Assembly (NCBI GenBank): GCA_963749655.1
Contig: CAVVOB010000013.1
Coordinates: 64,001 to 128,000, forward strand
Length of the DNA stretch: 64,000 nucleotides
Origin: Nitrospirota bacterium
GTDB taxonomy: Bacteria > Nitrospirota > UBA9217
Direction of reading: 5' to 3'
Part shown: piece after piece, positions 48,728-59,674 of the stretch
Layout: each line of letters opens with the position of its first letter
Position numbering within the stretch: the first letter of the stretch is position 1
Made by a program: the position numbers and the translations under genes
Notes under the pieces: model-generated
What the model saw: the letters and a program-made list of their open reading frames with translations, nothing else
Told to the model about the DNA's origin: nothing
Databases searched by the model: none

Positions 48728-48786
48728 GGCGGGATGGGCGCGGCCATGGATCACAGGGAAAAACAGGGGGCGATGAAGGAACAGAT

Positions 48787-50811
48787 ATGACGGACCGGCG
48801 CATGCTCATGATGTCCCTTGCCGTTTTGATCGGCCTCTCGTTCACTACGTCGGCCCCCGCTCGCGAACAGACGCTTCCGGTGAAAATTCCCGTTACCGTC
48901 AACGCCGACAATCTCGATTACGACCGGACCAATGATGTCTATACCGCCACCGGCCATGTGAAGATCGAGCAGGAAAACATCAAGCTTGAGGCCGAGAAGG
49001 TCGTCCTGAACAACAAAACGGGAGAGGCCCTGGCTGAAGGCAAGGTATACCTGCAGGATCAGGACGATGTGGTGCACGCCGACAAACTGCGGGTCAACCT
49101 GAACACGGGCAATGGCGTCGTGTACCGCGGCGACCTGTTCATGAAAAAAGATAATTATCATCTGAGCGGCGACGTCATCGAGCGGCGGTCCGAGACCGTT
49201 TACCGCGTCGAGCACGGGACATTCACGACGTGCGACGAAAAGGACTGGTTCATCAGGGCCGATGAAATGAACATCGATATGGCCCGCTACGCAACCGGAA
49301 ACGGCGTCTCCCTCAATATGGGAGGCGTGCCGGTGTTCTACACGCCCTATTTTCTTTTTCCCGTGCGCCGGCAGACGGGTCTGCTGATCCCGGAACCAGG
49401 TACGAGCAGCAAAGACGGCTTTTTCATCCAGAACGCCTTTTTCTGGGCAATTTCGGACAATACGGACATGACGCTCTATTCCGACTACCGTGAGCGGACC
49501 GGCCACGGCACCGGCGTCGAATACCGGTACAACAATTCGCGGGAATCGGCAGGACAGGCCTACGCCAAGGTATGGGACCTCTATAATTCCGGTGAAAACC
49601 GGTGGGAGTTCCGGTTTCAGCACCGCGAGGAGTTTGCCGAGGACCTTTCCGCCCGTGCGGACATCAACCTGGTCAGCGATGAGCATTATTATTCCGATCT
49701 CGACAAGTCGCTGGAGATGCGGTCCATGACCTATATCGATTCGAACGCCTTTTTTGTGGAGCGGTGGGACACGGCATCGCTGTATCTCCTGAGCCAGTAT
49801 TCCACCGATCTCACCACGACAAATGGAGCGACGGTCCAGAAGCTGCCGGAGCTCCGCTATACGATCTATGAAGAGCAACTTGCCGGGCCCTTTCATCTTA
49901 ATTTTGAGGGATCAGCCACCAACTTTTCAAAAGAGACGGAGGACGGCGTGCGCCGGGCTGATTTCAACCCCCAGCTGAGCGCGGCTTTCGGCCACGGCGG
50001 CCTCAGCTTTGTTCCGCGTGCCGGCGTGCGTGCGACCTTTTATGATCGCAGTGCGTCAAGCGTGGAGCCGACAGAGCGAAAGTACGCCTATGCCGCCATG
50101 GACATCAATGCCCGCGTCTCGCAGGTCTTCCGTCAGGACGGCGACGCCGGGATCGGACGGGTCCGCCACTCGATCGAGCCTACCCTGTCGTACACCTACA
50201 TCCCCTATATAGACCAGGGGGACATTCCGAAGCTCGATTCAGTGGATTCCGTGTCGGCGCAGAACGTGATGTCCTATTCCGTGACCAACCGTTTAACGGC
50301 GCATTACAAGGAATCGAAGGACGCAAAGGAGTACTCGACCTTCGATCTGATGGTGTTCAAGCTGTCCCAGTCCTACGATCTGAACCTGGCGACGTCGAGT
50401 ACGAGCACGGCCCATTCCCGGTCCGACATCACGGGGGAGCTGTATATCAAGACCCCGAAACGATACACGCTTTCGGCCACCGCTACCTATGACACCTATA
50501 ACCGGTTGCTGTCCTCGCACTCGATCGGCGCCACCCTGACCACGGACGCGGTTACCCTGAATCTCACCGAACAGTTCCTGTATGATCCGGCAACCTATTA
50601 TCTGATCGGAGGGGGTGCTTTGAAGCTGGGCAAGTGGGACCTGAGCGCCGAGATGTGGCGGGACATCGAGAACAAGAAGACGACCCAGGAGGAGTACAAG
50701 GCGCATTACGCATCCCAGTGCTGGGGGATAGGCTTCTCCCACGTAGTCAAGCCCGGGGAGACCCAATGGAAGGTGCTGGTGGACCTGAAAGGCTTCGGCG
50801 GCAACAAGTAA
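48787..50811 (+). CDS. lptD: LPS assembly protein LptD
   Basis: Signal peptide, OstA-like N-domain, FTTCD..W, PVFYTPY..FPV.RQTGLL.P, SQCW near the C-terminus. Confidence 0.9.
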   Translation: MTDRRMLMMSLAVLIGLSFTTSAPAREQTLPVKIPVTVNADNLDYDRTNDVYTATGHVKIEQENIKLEAEKVVLNNKTGEALAEGKVYLQDQDDVVHADKLRVNLNTGNGVVYRGDLFMKKDNYHLSGDVIERRSETVYRVEHGTFTTCDEKDWFIRADEMNIDMARYATGNGVSLNMGGVPVFYTPYFLFPVRRQTGLLIPEPGTSSKDGFFIQNAFFWAISDNTDMTLYSDYRERTGHGTGVEYRYNNSRESAGQAYAKVWDLYNSGENRWEFRFQHREEFAEDLSARADINLVSDEHYYSDLDKSLEMRSMTYIDSNAFFVERWDTASLYLLSQYSTDLTTTNGATVQKLPELRYTIYEEQLAGPFHLNFEGSATNFSKETEDGVRRADFNPQLSAAFGHGGLSFVPRAGVRATFYDRSASSVEPTERKYAYAAMDINARVSQVFRQDGDAGIGRVRHSIEPTLSYTYIPYIDQGDIPKLDSVDSVSAQNVMSYSVTNRLTAHYKESKDAKEYSTFDLMVFKLSQSYDLNLATSSTSTAHSRSDITGELYIKTPKRYTLSATATYDTYNRLLSSHSIGATLTTDAVTLNLTEQFLYDPATYYLIGGGALKLGKWDLSAEMWRDIENKKTTQEEYKAHYASQCWGIGFSHVVKPGETQWKVLVDLKGFGGNK

Positions 50812-50828
50812 GGGGCAGGAGGGCGGAC

Positions 50829-51149
50829 ATGGCCGGTGAAATCGTCGTATTCATAACAGCGTCCTCGCCGGACGAGGCGGAAAAAATAGCGCGCGCCCTT
50901 GTTGACGGGCATCTTATCGCCTGTGCGAACATCCTCTCCGGCGTGCGCTCGATCTTTTTCTGGGACGGGAAAACGCAGGACGGGCAGGAGACGCTCCTGA
51001 TCTGCAAGACCAGGCAGCCGCTCCTGGACAGGGTTATCGAGCAGGTCAAGACGCTCCATTCCTATTCCGTGCCCGAGGTGATCGCCCTCCCGGTCGCGGG
51101 AGGATCTCCTGAATATCTCTCCTGGCTGAATGAGACAACGGGGGCCTGA
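50829..51149 (+). CDS. cutA: Divalent-cation tolerance protein CutA
   Basis: LIACANI, SIFFWDG, LHSYSVPEVIALP. Confidence 0.95.
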   Translation: MAGEIVVFITASSPDEAEKIARALVDGHLIACANILSGVRSIFFWDGKTQDGQETLLICKTRQPLLDRVIEQVKTLHSYSVPEVIALPVAGGSPEYLSWLNETTGA

Positions 51150-51324
51150 GGTCGATGAGCCTTCGAAGGGTGTACCCGTCTTCGGGCATCGACCATATTC
51201 TATTGACAAGACCACATTTTGCTGGTATCCTTTCATTCTCTTTGCCTGATTCCTATCACCATCGTGAAGCCTGCCAGTCGAGGCGGGCCGGCAGACACGA
51301 TGACGGCAGGAGTTCCACCTCTCA

Positions 51325-52713
51325 ATGTCCATGAGACTACCCGAGATTTCTTCCATTCTGGATTTCCTGACGCCCCATCGCCTTTTTGCGAGACTGCCGA
51401 TAGCCAGCAAGATGCTCATGGGCTATTCGACCCTCGTCGTCATGACCGTCGTCGTCGTGGTCTACGTGCTCCTGAGCCTTCAGCGCCTCAATTCCCTGAA
51501 CCGCAACATCGTCATGGTGGACATTCCGGTCCAGGAAGCGGCTGATACCATGATCGACGCAATGCTTGCCCAGGATATGTACGAGAAAAGGTACCTGATT
51601 CTGTCGGGCGATGACATGCGCGGGCTTTTCACGAAACGGGGGAAGGAGTTTTCCGGTGCGCTCGCATCGTTGCGTCAGCGCCCGGAAACAACGGGCCGCA
51701 GGATCGAGATCATCGGCAGACTGTACGAATCCTATTCCGCGCTGTTCCAGCGCGAGGTCAGGCTGATCCGGGCGGGGAAACCGGACGTCGCGGCAGCCCT
51801 GTCGAACGGCGAAATGAAACGTACTTTTGAAAAGCTCGTCGCGGAGATCCACGCGTTGTCGACCGAAGCCAAAAAGTCCCAGGAAATGAAAATGGACAGG
51901 ATCAGCCGGATCGGAACGACGGCGTTTTTCACCACGGCGGGCCTCTGCATCCTGGGCATCGTCCTGGGGGGCCTTTCGAGCATGGTGGTCATGCGCCACG
52001 TCCTGTCTTCCATCAACAAACTGACCGTTGCGACGACGCACATCGCCGAGGGCGACTTCCGGTACGATCCCCGCATCGAAACCAGGGACGAGGTCGGCGG
52101 CCTGGCCGAATCATTTCTTTCCATGGGCCAGAGACTCGGAAAACTGGAAGAGATGTACCTCGATGCGAGCCCCCTTACGCGCCTCCCGGGGGGGATTGCC
52201 ATTGAAAATGTCCTGAAGCGGCGGATCGGATCGGGCGACTTCTTCGCCTTTTGCGTCATCGACCTGGACAACTTTAAGGCCTTCAACGACCACTACGGTT
52301 ATGCGCACGGAAACGAGGTGATCAGGGATACGGCGAAATTGATCGAGACGGCGGTCAAGGCGAAGGGATCCCCGGAAGACTTTGTCGGGCACGTCGGCGG
52401 CGATGATTTCGTGGTTATTACGACCCCGAAGCTGATGCGCGAAGTGTGCAATGAGATCATCCGGCTGTTCGACGCCGGCATTCCGCTCTATTACAGCGAG
52501 CAAGACCGGCAGAACGGTTTTATTATCGGCAAGAGCCGGCAAGGGGAGGAAATGCGGTTTCCTCTCATGACCCTTTCCATAGCGATCGTCACCAACGAAC
52601 AGCGCCGGTTCGTCGATCCCCTGGAAGCATCGGAAATCGCGGCCGAGCTCAAGGATTACGCAAAAACAATTCCCTCAAGCCTGTATGTCGTTGATAAGAG
52701 AAGAACGGGGTGA
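51325..52713 (+). CDS. Membrane diguanylate cyclase-like protein (2 TM, HAMP, GGDEF domain)
   Basis: HAMP (RDEVGGLAESF), DLDNFKAFNDHYG, GGDDF; no RxxD I-site. Confidence 0.88.
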   Translation: MSMRLPEISSILDFLTPHRLFARLPIASKMLMGYSTLVVMTVVVVVYVLLSLQRLNSLNRNIVMVDIPVQEAADTMIDAMLAQDMYEKRYLILSGDDMRGLFTKRGKEFSGALASLRQRPETTGRRIEIIGRLYESYSALFQREVRLIRAGKPDVAAALSNGEMKRTFEKLVAEIHALSTEAKKSQEMKMDRISRIGTTAFFTTAGLCILGIVLGGLSSMVVMRHVLSSINKLTVATTHIAEGDFRYDPRIETRDEVGGLAESFLSMGQRLGKLEEMYLDASPLTRLPGGIAIENVLKRRIGSGDFFAFCVIDLDNFKAFNDHYGYAHGNEVIRDTAKLIETAVKAKGSPEDFVGHVGGDDFVVITTPKLMREVCNEIIRLFDAGIPLYYSEQDRQNGFIIGKSRQGEEMRFPLMTLSIAIVTNEQRRFVDPLEASEIAAELKDYAKTIPSSLYVVDKRRTG

Positions 52714-52757
52714 TTGCCGGAAGTGAATCGGGGCCGTATCCTCATGGCCAGTCCCTA

Positions 52758-52850
52758 ACCGCAGAAGTCGCAGAATACGCAGAAAGAGATAATAATTCAC
52801 AGATCAATTACTACTCGTGTATTTTTGCGTTAATCTGCGCATTCTGCGGT
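52758..52850. repeat. Inverted nonamer tandem-repeat element
   Basis: accgcagaa/gtcgcagaa/tacgcagaa, AT-rich spacer, then ttttgcgtt/aatctgcgc/attctgcggt. Confidence 0.8.
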
Positions 52851-53025
52851 AGAAAACCATTTGGTGCGATGAGGTGTAATGCTTACTTAGACAACGCTTC
52901 TGCGCTTCCCCTTGCTCTCTTTTTTCAAGGGGGGCTTTTCCCCGAAACAAGCAGCCGTTCTGCATTTTCCCGTTCAACAGCCGAAGCGTTTTTCCGAAGT
53001 TCCTGTCGTCAACTCTTATCTCGAA

Positions 53026-53328
53026 CTACCTTCCCTTGTTTCGGTCGAATGCGCCCCGGCTGCCGGCATGACCGCGGTCCCGCTGGGGTCGCGCTTCGTT
53101 TACCGTGATCTCCCGGTCCATGACCCTCGTGCCGTTCATCGTTGCGATGGCCTTGTCGGCATCTTCGTCGTTCGCCATTTCCACAAACCCGAAACCCCTC
53201 GATCTCCCGGTGGCGCCGTCGGTGACTATCTTGCTGGACTGCACTTCTCCGATTGCAGCAAAGACCTCTCTGAGGCTGTCCTCAGTCATTTGATAGGACA
53301 GGTTCCCTACATACAGTTTCTTCGCCAT
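53026..53328 (-). CDS. RRM RNA-binding protein
   Basis: RNP2 LYVGNL, RNP1 RGFGFVEM, VNEARP. Confidence 0.96.
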   Translation of the reverse strand: MAKKLYVGNLSYQMTEDSLREVFAAIGEVQSSKIVTDGATGRSRGFGFVEMANDEDADKAIATMNGTRVMDREITVNEARPQRDRGHAGSRGAFDRNKGR

Positions 53329-53462
53329 ATATCCCTCCTTGGATTTGACATGCTGATTTTGCTGCCCCCGTCACGGTCAGGTGCAGGATCTTCCCTCCGA
53401 CGGGCGCTGCAGAGGTGATGACGACCGATTGCCGGGCTCCGTCGGGGTCTATCGTCCGGCTG

Positions 53463-53508
53463 AAAAAATAAAAAAGACTGCAACCGTCTAACCGGTATTG
53501 TGCAGTCT
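53463..53508 (-). terminator. Terminator-like hairpin between der and the RRM gene
   Basis: agactgca/tgcagtct stem followed by a long U-tract on the minus strand. Confidence 0.65.
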
Positions 53509-53567
53509 GGCAAGCTACGCAAGTGGATTCTTCAACTATGCTTTTATGATACCATAGAAGCGCGACG

Positions 53568-54936
53568 TCAGCGAATTTTTTTGTGTTTCCTGCTTTTGGC
53601 GGGAGTCCGTTCTTCTCTCCGGCGCTTGGCGAAAATGCGTATCGGCGTTCCCGAGAATCCGAAGGCCTTGCGAAGCGTATTCTCCATGTAGCGGAGGTAA
53701 GAAAAATGGACGCCGTCGGGATAATTGACAAAAGCGATGAACGTCGGCGGTTTGATCCCGACCTGGGTGAAATAGTAGTACTTCACCCGTTTCCCGCGGT
53801 AGAGGGGGGGCTCATGGGCTGCCACCATGCCCTCGAATACGCGGTTCAGCTCGGCGGTGGGAACCCTCTTTTCAGCCTCCTCGATCGTACGGTCGATTTC
53901 CTCGAAGATTGTCGTGATCCTCTGGCGCGTTTTGGCCGAGAGGGTGATGATAGGGGCATAGTCGGCGAATTTGAGCCGCTGCCGGACCTCGAACATGAAC
54001 TTCTTGAAGGCCTCCTCCTTGTCCTGCACCAGGTCCCACTTGTTCAAAATGAGAATGAGGCCCTTGCCCTCCTCGTGCACAAGCCCCGCGATGCGTTCAT
54101 CCTGCTCGGTGATCCCTTCCTCGGCGTCGATCAGCACGAGCGCGACGTCTGCACGGGAAAGGCCCTTGACCGCCCGCATCACGCTGTATTTTTCCACTCC
54201 CTGACTGATCTTGCCCCGGCTCCGGATGCCGGCAGTGTCCACGAGGATGTATTTTTTGCCGTAGTACTGGTACACACTGTCAACGGCGTCCCGCGTCGTG
54301 CCTGCAACGGGGCTTACGATCATGCGGTCCTCGCCGATCAGTGCATTCACGAACGATGATTTCCCGACATTCGGCCTGCCGATGATTGCGATCCGCGGGA
54401 TCGCGACAGCCGCACCCTCTTCCGGCTGCGGCGCCTGCGCCGGCCACAGGCGGACGAGTTCGTCCATGAGATCGGAGAACCCGGCGCCGTGCTTGGCCGA
54501 CAGGGTGAACAGCGCATCGGTGCCGAGGCGGTAAAAGTCCGGGATGAGCCCCTCGTGCCGGGTCCCATCCACCTTGTTCACGGCGTAGATCACCGGTTTT
54601 CCCGAGGCCCGAAGCCGATGGGATACCTCTATGTCCGCCGGAAGCAGCCCTTCCTGGCCGTCCATGAGAAAGATGATGATAATCCGCCTCCTCGATGGCA
54701 AGGGTCGTCTGTTCCCGCATCTTGGAGTACATGGGATCCACGGTCTCAGGCTCGAAGCCTCCCGTGTCGATGAGCAAAAAACGCCTGTCCATCCATTTGG
54801 CTTCCGCGTAATTGCGGTCACGGGTGACACCGGGGATGTCCTCGACAATGGCGAAGTTCCTGCCGATGATCCGGTTGAACAGCGTGGACTTGCCCACATT
54901 GGGCCTGCCCACTATGGCGACGACTGGTTTTGGCAT
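53568..54936 (-). CDS. der: Ribosome biogenesis GTPase Der/EngA (apparent +1 frameshift near 54682)
   Basis: Two GRPNVGKS P-loops, [24 protein letters not shown]-like C-terminus. Confidence 0.96.
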
Positions 54937-55149
54937 GGTCAATTCTGCATCAAGAGTATACGCTGCTTCTGCGCAGGAGGTGTTAACGGCAGGTCGCCCG
55001 GTCTGAACCTGGATCCCGGAGCGCGATGCCTTCCTGCGGCGCGTGGAACATGTACTATAGCATTATTATCCGCGGCAGTTCAAGAAAAAACCTTGCGAAC
55101 CCCTGTTTTTTATGTTATTTTTCTACGTTCTTACCTTCAAGGAGGCTCT

Positions 55150-55668
55150 ATGCGGAGAAATGCCGTGCTGGCAGCGTGCGTGCTCGTTCTTGTCGCAACC
55201 CCCGTGTGGGCGGATTTTTACCGGTGGGTGGACCGGGATGGCAAGGAATTTTTCACGAACGACATGAAGCAGGTGCCGCAGGAATACCGGAGCACCGTGA
55301 CCGTGGTAAAGCCCGACGAGTCGCGCGTCGTCACCGAGAGCCGGCCTTCCGCGCCCGGTGACCGCCGGGCAGGAGCACCGCATAAGGACAAGTACGGCAG
55401 AGGAGAGGAATACTGGAGCAAGCGCGCCGCGAATATCCGCCTCAAACTCAGGGACCAGCAGGACGAGCTTGCTCTTGTTCGGAACCGCATCGACGAACAG
55501 GAAAAAAAGCCGAAGAAGCCGAACAGCAAGAACAAGACGCTTGCAAGCCTCGAAAAGAAGAAGACGAAGCTCGAGAAGGATATAGCGAAAACAAGGCGCC
55601 GGCTGGAAGTCGACCTCCCCGAGGAAGCGCGTAAGGCTGACGCCTATCCCGGATGGATCAGGGAATAA
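55150..55668 (+). CDS. DUF4124-domain secreted protein with coiled coil
   Basis: Signal peptide ending VWA; FYRWVDRDGKEFFTND..VP; ends ARKADAYPGWIRE. Confidence 0.8.
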   Translation: MRRNAVLAACVLVLVATPVWADFYRWVDRDGKEFFTNDMKQVPQEYRSTVTVVKPDESRVVTESRPSAPGDRRAGAPHKDKYGRGEEYWSKRAANIRLKLRDQQDELALVRNRIDEQEKKPKKPNSKNKTLASLEKKKTKLEKDIAKTRRRLEVDLPEEARKADAYPGWIRE

Positions 55669-55817
55669 CTCCGGACTTTTTCATACGGCTGGGAGCCCGG
55701 GCGCCGGCGCTCCGGACATGACCCCGAAAACCACATTTCGCTCAGTAAAGGATGTGGTAAACTTCAAAGCAGACGCCGTTTTCCCCTTCCGCGGCGGAAA
55801 ACCGAAGAAAGCTCACC

Positions 55818-56492
55818 ATGAAAAAGATCATTATGGCGGAAACCGTGCTGCGCGACGTCGGGCAGAGCCACACCCTGTTCGGCAGGGGGGGCATCACAAT
55901 GATTCCCGCCCGCTCGTCGGAGGAGATCCTGGACCTCCACCGGTCGGAAAAGGCAGACTTGATCGTAACCGATGTCGATCTGCCGGTCATGGGCGGCGCG
56001 CGACTGTGCGCCTTCATCCGCAGCGATGCGGCGCTGAAGGACGTGTCGCTGGTCATGGTCTGCGACGGAACCGATCAGTCCCGGCTGCGGTGCCAGCAGG
56101 CGGGAGCGAACACTATTCTGACAAAGCCGGTCGACCCCTTCGAGCTTTTCTCCCGCATATCGGAACTGCTCATCATCCCCCAGCGCCAGAGCATGCGGGC
56201 CGTGCTTCAGGTTTCCGTATCCGGGAAGGAGACAGGGGCGCCCTTTGTCGGGGTTTCGCACAACATCAGCATCTCCGGCATGCTCATTGAAGCAAAACAG
56301 GAGCTTTCGACAGGCGATCGGCTCGCCTGCACCATGACCATCGCGGGCCGTGAGATCGTCGTGGAATGCGAAATCGTCAGGGCTGAAGGAACGCCGAAAG
56401 GGCGCTTCCGATACGGCGTTAAATTCATCAATCCGGACATGAAATCATTGATCATCATCGAGCAGGTCGTCAAGGGAAACATCAAACACTGA
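55818..56492 (+). CDS. Response regulator receiver + PilZ domain protein
   Basis: DLIVTDVDLP (Asp retained), LTKP; PilZ RQSMR and NISISG. Confidence 0.88.
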   Translation: MKKIIMAETVLRDVGQSHTLFGRGGITMIPARSSEEILDLHRSEKADLIVTDVDLPVMGGARLCAFIRSDAALKDVSLVMVCDGTDQSRLRCQQAGANTILTKPVDPFELFSRISELLIIPQRQSMRAVLQVSVSGKETGAPFVGVSHNISISGMLIEAKQELSTGDRLACTMTIAGREIVVECEIVRAEGTPKGRFRYGVKFINPDMKSLIIIEQVVKGNIKH

Positions 56493-56528
56493 CAGATACG
56501 CTGACGCAATCGTTGCGGAGGAACGTCT

Positions 56529-59004
56529 TTGGAAGAACGGTACGATTTTAAAAAAGTGGAAGAACGCTGGCAGCGGTCCTGGGCGGAACAGAAGACCTTC
56601 AAGGTGACGGAGGACCCGTCGAGGCCGAAATACTACTGTCTGGAGATGTTCCCCTACCCGTCGGGCCGGATCCACATGGGCCACGTGCGGAATTACGCCA
56701 TCGGCGACGTGGTCTCGCGCTACAAACGGATGCGCGGCTTCAACGTGCTCCACCCCATGGGCTGGGACTCCTTCGGCCTGCCGGCGGAGAACGCGGCGAT
56801 CAAACACAACATCCATCCCGCGAAGTGGACCCTGGAGAACATCGCCTTCATGCGCGACAAACAGCTCAAGCGGCTCGGCCTCTCCTACGACTGGGACCGC
56901 GAGGTGACCACCTGCCTCGAGGAGTACTACCGCTGGAACCAGTGGTTCTTCGTCAAGATGTACGAGCGGGGACTCGCCTACAAGAAGCTCTCCTACGTGA
57001 ACTGGTGCCCGTCGTGCAATACGGTGCTCGCAAACGAGCAGGTCGAGGACGGCCTGTGCTGGCGCTGCAGCTCCGTGGTGCACGCACAAGGAGCTCGAAC
57101 AGTGGTTCTTCAAGATCACCGCCTATGCCGAGGAACTGCTGGCGCACACCGACAAGCTCACGGGCTGGCCCGAGCGCGTGCTCACGATGCAGCGGAACTG
57201 GATCGGCAAGTCCGTGGGCGTCGAAGTGGACTTCCTCGTCGAGGGCAGCGGGGAGAAGCTCACGATCTTCACTACGCGCCCGGACACGCTCTACGGCGTG
57301 ACCTTCATGAGCATCGCGCCGGAGCATCCCATGCTGGAAACGCTCATCAAGGGAAAGAAGGAGGCCGACGAGGTCCGCTCCTTCGTGCAGCGCGTCATGC
57401 GGCAGGACAAGGCGGCGCGGACCGATGAAACGCAGGAAAAGGAAGGCATCTTCACCGGCGCCTATGCCGTCAATCCCCTGAACAACGAAAAGGTGCCGGT
57501 CTGGGTCGCCAACTTCGTGCTCATGGAATACGGGACCGGCGCGATCATGTCCGTGCCGTCCCACGACCAGCGCGACTTCGAGTTCGCGAAGAAATACGGA
57601 CTCCCGATCCGCGTCGTGATCCAGAACGCTGAAAAGAACCTCGATTCTGCGACGATGAAGGAAGCCTATGTCGACGAGGGGACGATGGTGAACTCCGGCC
57701 CCTTCGACGGCACGCCGAATGGGAAGGGCAAAGAAGACAGTCGCCGATTACGTGGAACAGAAGAAGATCGGCAAGCGGACCGTGAACTTGCGGCTCCGCG
57801 ACTGGGGCATCTCGCGCCAGCGCTACTGGGGCACGCCGATCCCGATCATGTACTGCGAGAAGTGCGGCACCGTGCCGGTCCCCGAAAAAGACCTGCCTGT
57901 GCAGCTGCCGACGGACGTGGAGTTCACCGGCAAGGGCCGGTCGCCCCTGGCGGAATCGAAGTCCTTCCGTGAAACGACCTGCCCCACCTGCGGCGGAAAA
58001 GCCCGGCGCGAGACGGACACGATGGACACCTTCGTGGACTCGTCCTGGTATTTCCTCCGCTACTGCTCGCCCCGGAACGACAAGGCGCCCTTCGACAAAA
58101 AAGCCGCCGGCTACTGGATGAGCGTTGACCAGTACATCGGCGGCATCGAGCACGCCGTGCTCCACCTGCTCTATGCGCGGTTCTTCACCAAGGTGATCCG
58201 CGACCTGGGGCTCTTCGACGGCGACGAGCCGTTCCTGAACCTGCTGACCCAGGGCATGGTGATCAAGGACGGGGCCAAGATGAGCAAGTCGAAGGGCAAT
58301 GTCGTGGACCCCGATTTCATTCTTACGAAGTACGGGGCCGATACGGCGCGCCTCTTCTCTCTTTTTGCCGCGCCGCCGGAGCGCGACCTGGACTGGAGCG
58401 ACCAGGGCGTGGACGGCGCCTACCGGTTCCTGCACCGCGTCTGGGCCATCGTGTACAAGCACAGCGAGGCGGTCGGGAGCATGAAGCCTGCCGGCCCCGA
58501 GGCCCGCGGGGACAGGCTCTACCGCAAGACCCACCTCACGATCAAGAAGGTGACCGAGGACATCGAGCGGGAGTTTCATTTCAACACGGCCATTGCGGCG
58601 CTCATGGAGATGGTGAACGAAATGTACGATTACACCTCAAGCGGCGTCACGGACAACGCAGCTGCCTGTGCTTCGCTCGGCCATCGACGCGCTCACGCTC
58701 CTCATTTCTCCTTTTGCTCCGCACTTTGCCGAGGAACTGTGGGAGTCTCTCGGCAACAGGACGAGCATTGCGAATGCGAAGTGGCCGGAGTATGACCCCG
58801 CGGCGATCGTGGCAACGGAGATTACGGTCGTGGTCCAGGTGAACGGCAAGGTCAGGAGCAAGCTCACTCTTCCGGCCGGAACGCCGGACAAGGACATCGA
58901 AGCAGCGGCGCTGTGCCGACCCCAAAGTGAAGGAGTTCACGAACGGGAAACAGCCGAAGAAGGTCATCGTGGTTCAGGGTAAACTCGTGAACGTGGTGGT
59001 ATAG
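56529..59004 (+). CDS. leuS: Leucine--tRNA ligase (four apparent +1 frameshifts near 57083, 57731, 58656, 58914)
   Basis: [46 protein letters not shown]; segments lie in successive frames. Confidence 0.95.
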
Positions 59005-59005
59005 C

Positions 59006-59040
59006 GAATGCGGAATGCGGAATGCGGAATGCGGAATGGA
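59006..59040. repeat. Heptamer tandem repeat (gaatgcg)x4 + gaatgga
   Basis: Directly visible at the leuS-lptE junction. Confidence 0.9.
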
Positions 59041-59562
59041 AACCTGAGGCGCATGGTTTGTGCGGCGTTTGTCCTTTTGCTGCTTTCCTCCTGCGGCTAT
59101 CACTTTACGCCCGTGGGCGGCGTCGTGCCCGAAAACGCAAAGACCATCGCGATCCCCGTATTTATCAATGACTCGCTGGAACCTTACGCGGATGTCGAGG
59201 TCACGAAAGCGGTAGTGGAGGCGTTCCTGACCGATGCGAGGCTGCAGGTCGTGAGCCCCGAATCGGCGGACCTTATCCTGCGCGGGCGGATTACGAAGTT
59301 TACGCTGACGCCGCTGTCCTATACGACCGATGCGTATGTCCAGCAGTATCAGATCGGCATTAGCGTGGACGTGAGCGTCGAGGATGCACGATCGAAGAAG
59401 ATCCTGTGGCAGGAAGCGGGACTGAACACGATCTTTTCATCATATTACTCAGTGACCATGGGCGATATTACGACAACGAAGATCGCCAGGGAAACAGCTT
59501 TAAAGAGCGCCTGCAGCGACATCGCCTCCACGATCCGCAGCAGGGTGCTGGAAGGGTTCTAG
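59029..59562 (+). CDS. lptE: LPS assembly lipoprotein LptE
   Basis: Lipobox LSS-CGYHF; conserved leuS-lptE-holA order; start uncertain. Confidence 0.88.
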   Translation: MRNGNLRRMVCAAFVLLLLSSCGYHFTPVGGVVPENAKTIAIPVFINDSLEPYADVEVTKAVVEAFLTDARLQVVSPESADLILRGRITKFTLTPLSYTTDAYVQQYQIGISVDVSVEDARSKKILWQEAGLNTIFSSYYSVTMGDITTTKIARETALKSACSDIASTIRSRVLEGF

Positions 59563-59564
59563 AC

Positions 59565-59662
59565 GCATAGTGCAGAGCGCATGGCGCATGGTGTAAAACG
59601 GATACAGCGCACAGCTTCTCCGTCTTTTTTTGCCCCATGCTCTCTGCGCCATGCCCTGTGCG
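59565..59662. repeat. Inverted heptamer tandem-repeat element
   Basis: gcatagt/gcagagc/gcatggc/gcatggt ... catgctc/tctgcgc/catgccc/tgtgcg. Confidence 0.8.
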
Positions 59663-59674
59663 CAGCTTTATTTT

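Noticed and set aside
54631-55149. N-terminal extension of the 345-aa ORF
   Set aside because: It overlaps der on the opposite strand; a GGAGG RBS and signal peptide define the start at 55150.
56529-59004. leuS (also dsrK, folC, der) as pseudogenes or programmed frameshifts
   Set aside because: All shifts are single +1 insertions with no shared slippery motif or other decay; the genes are essential or in an intact operon, so sequencing error is more likely.
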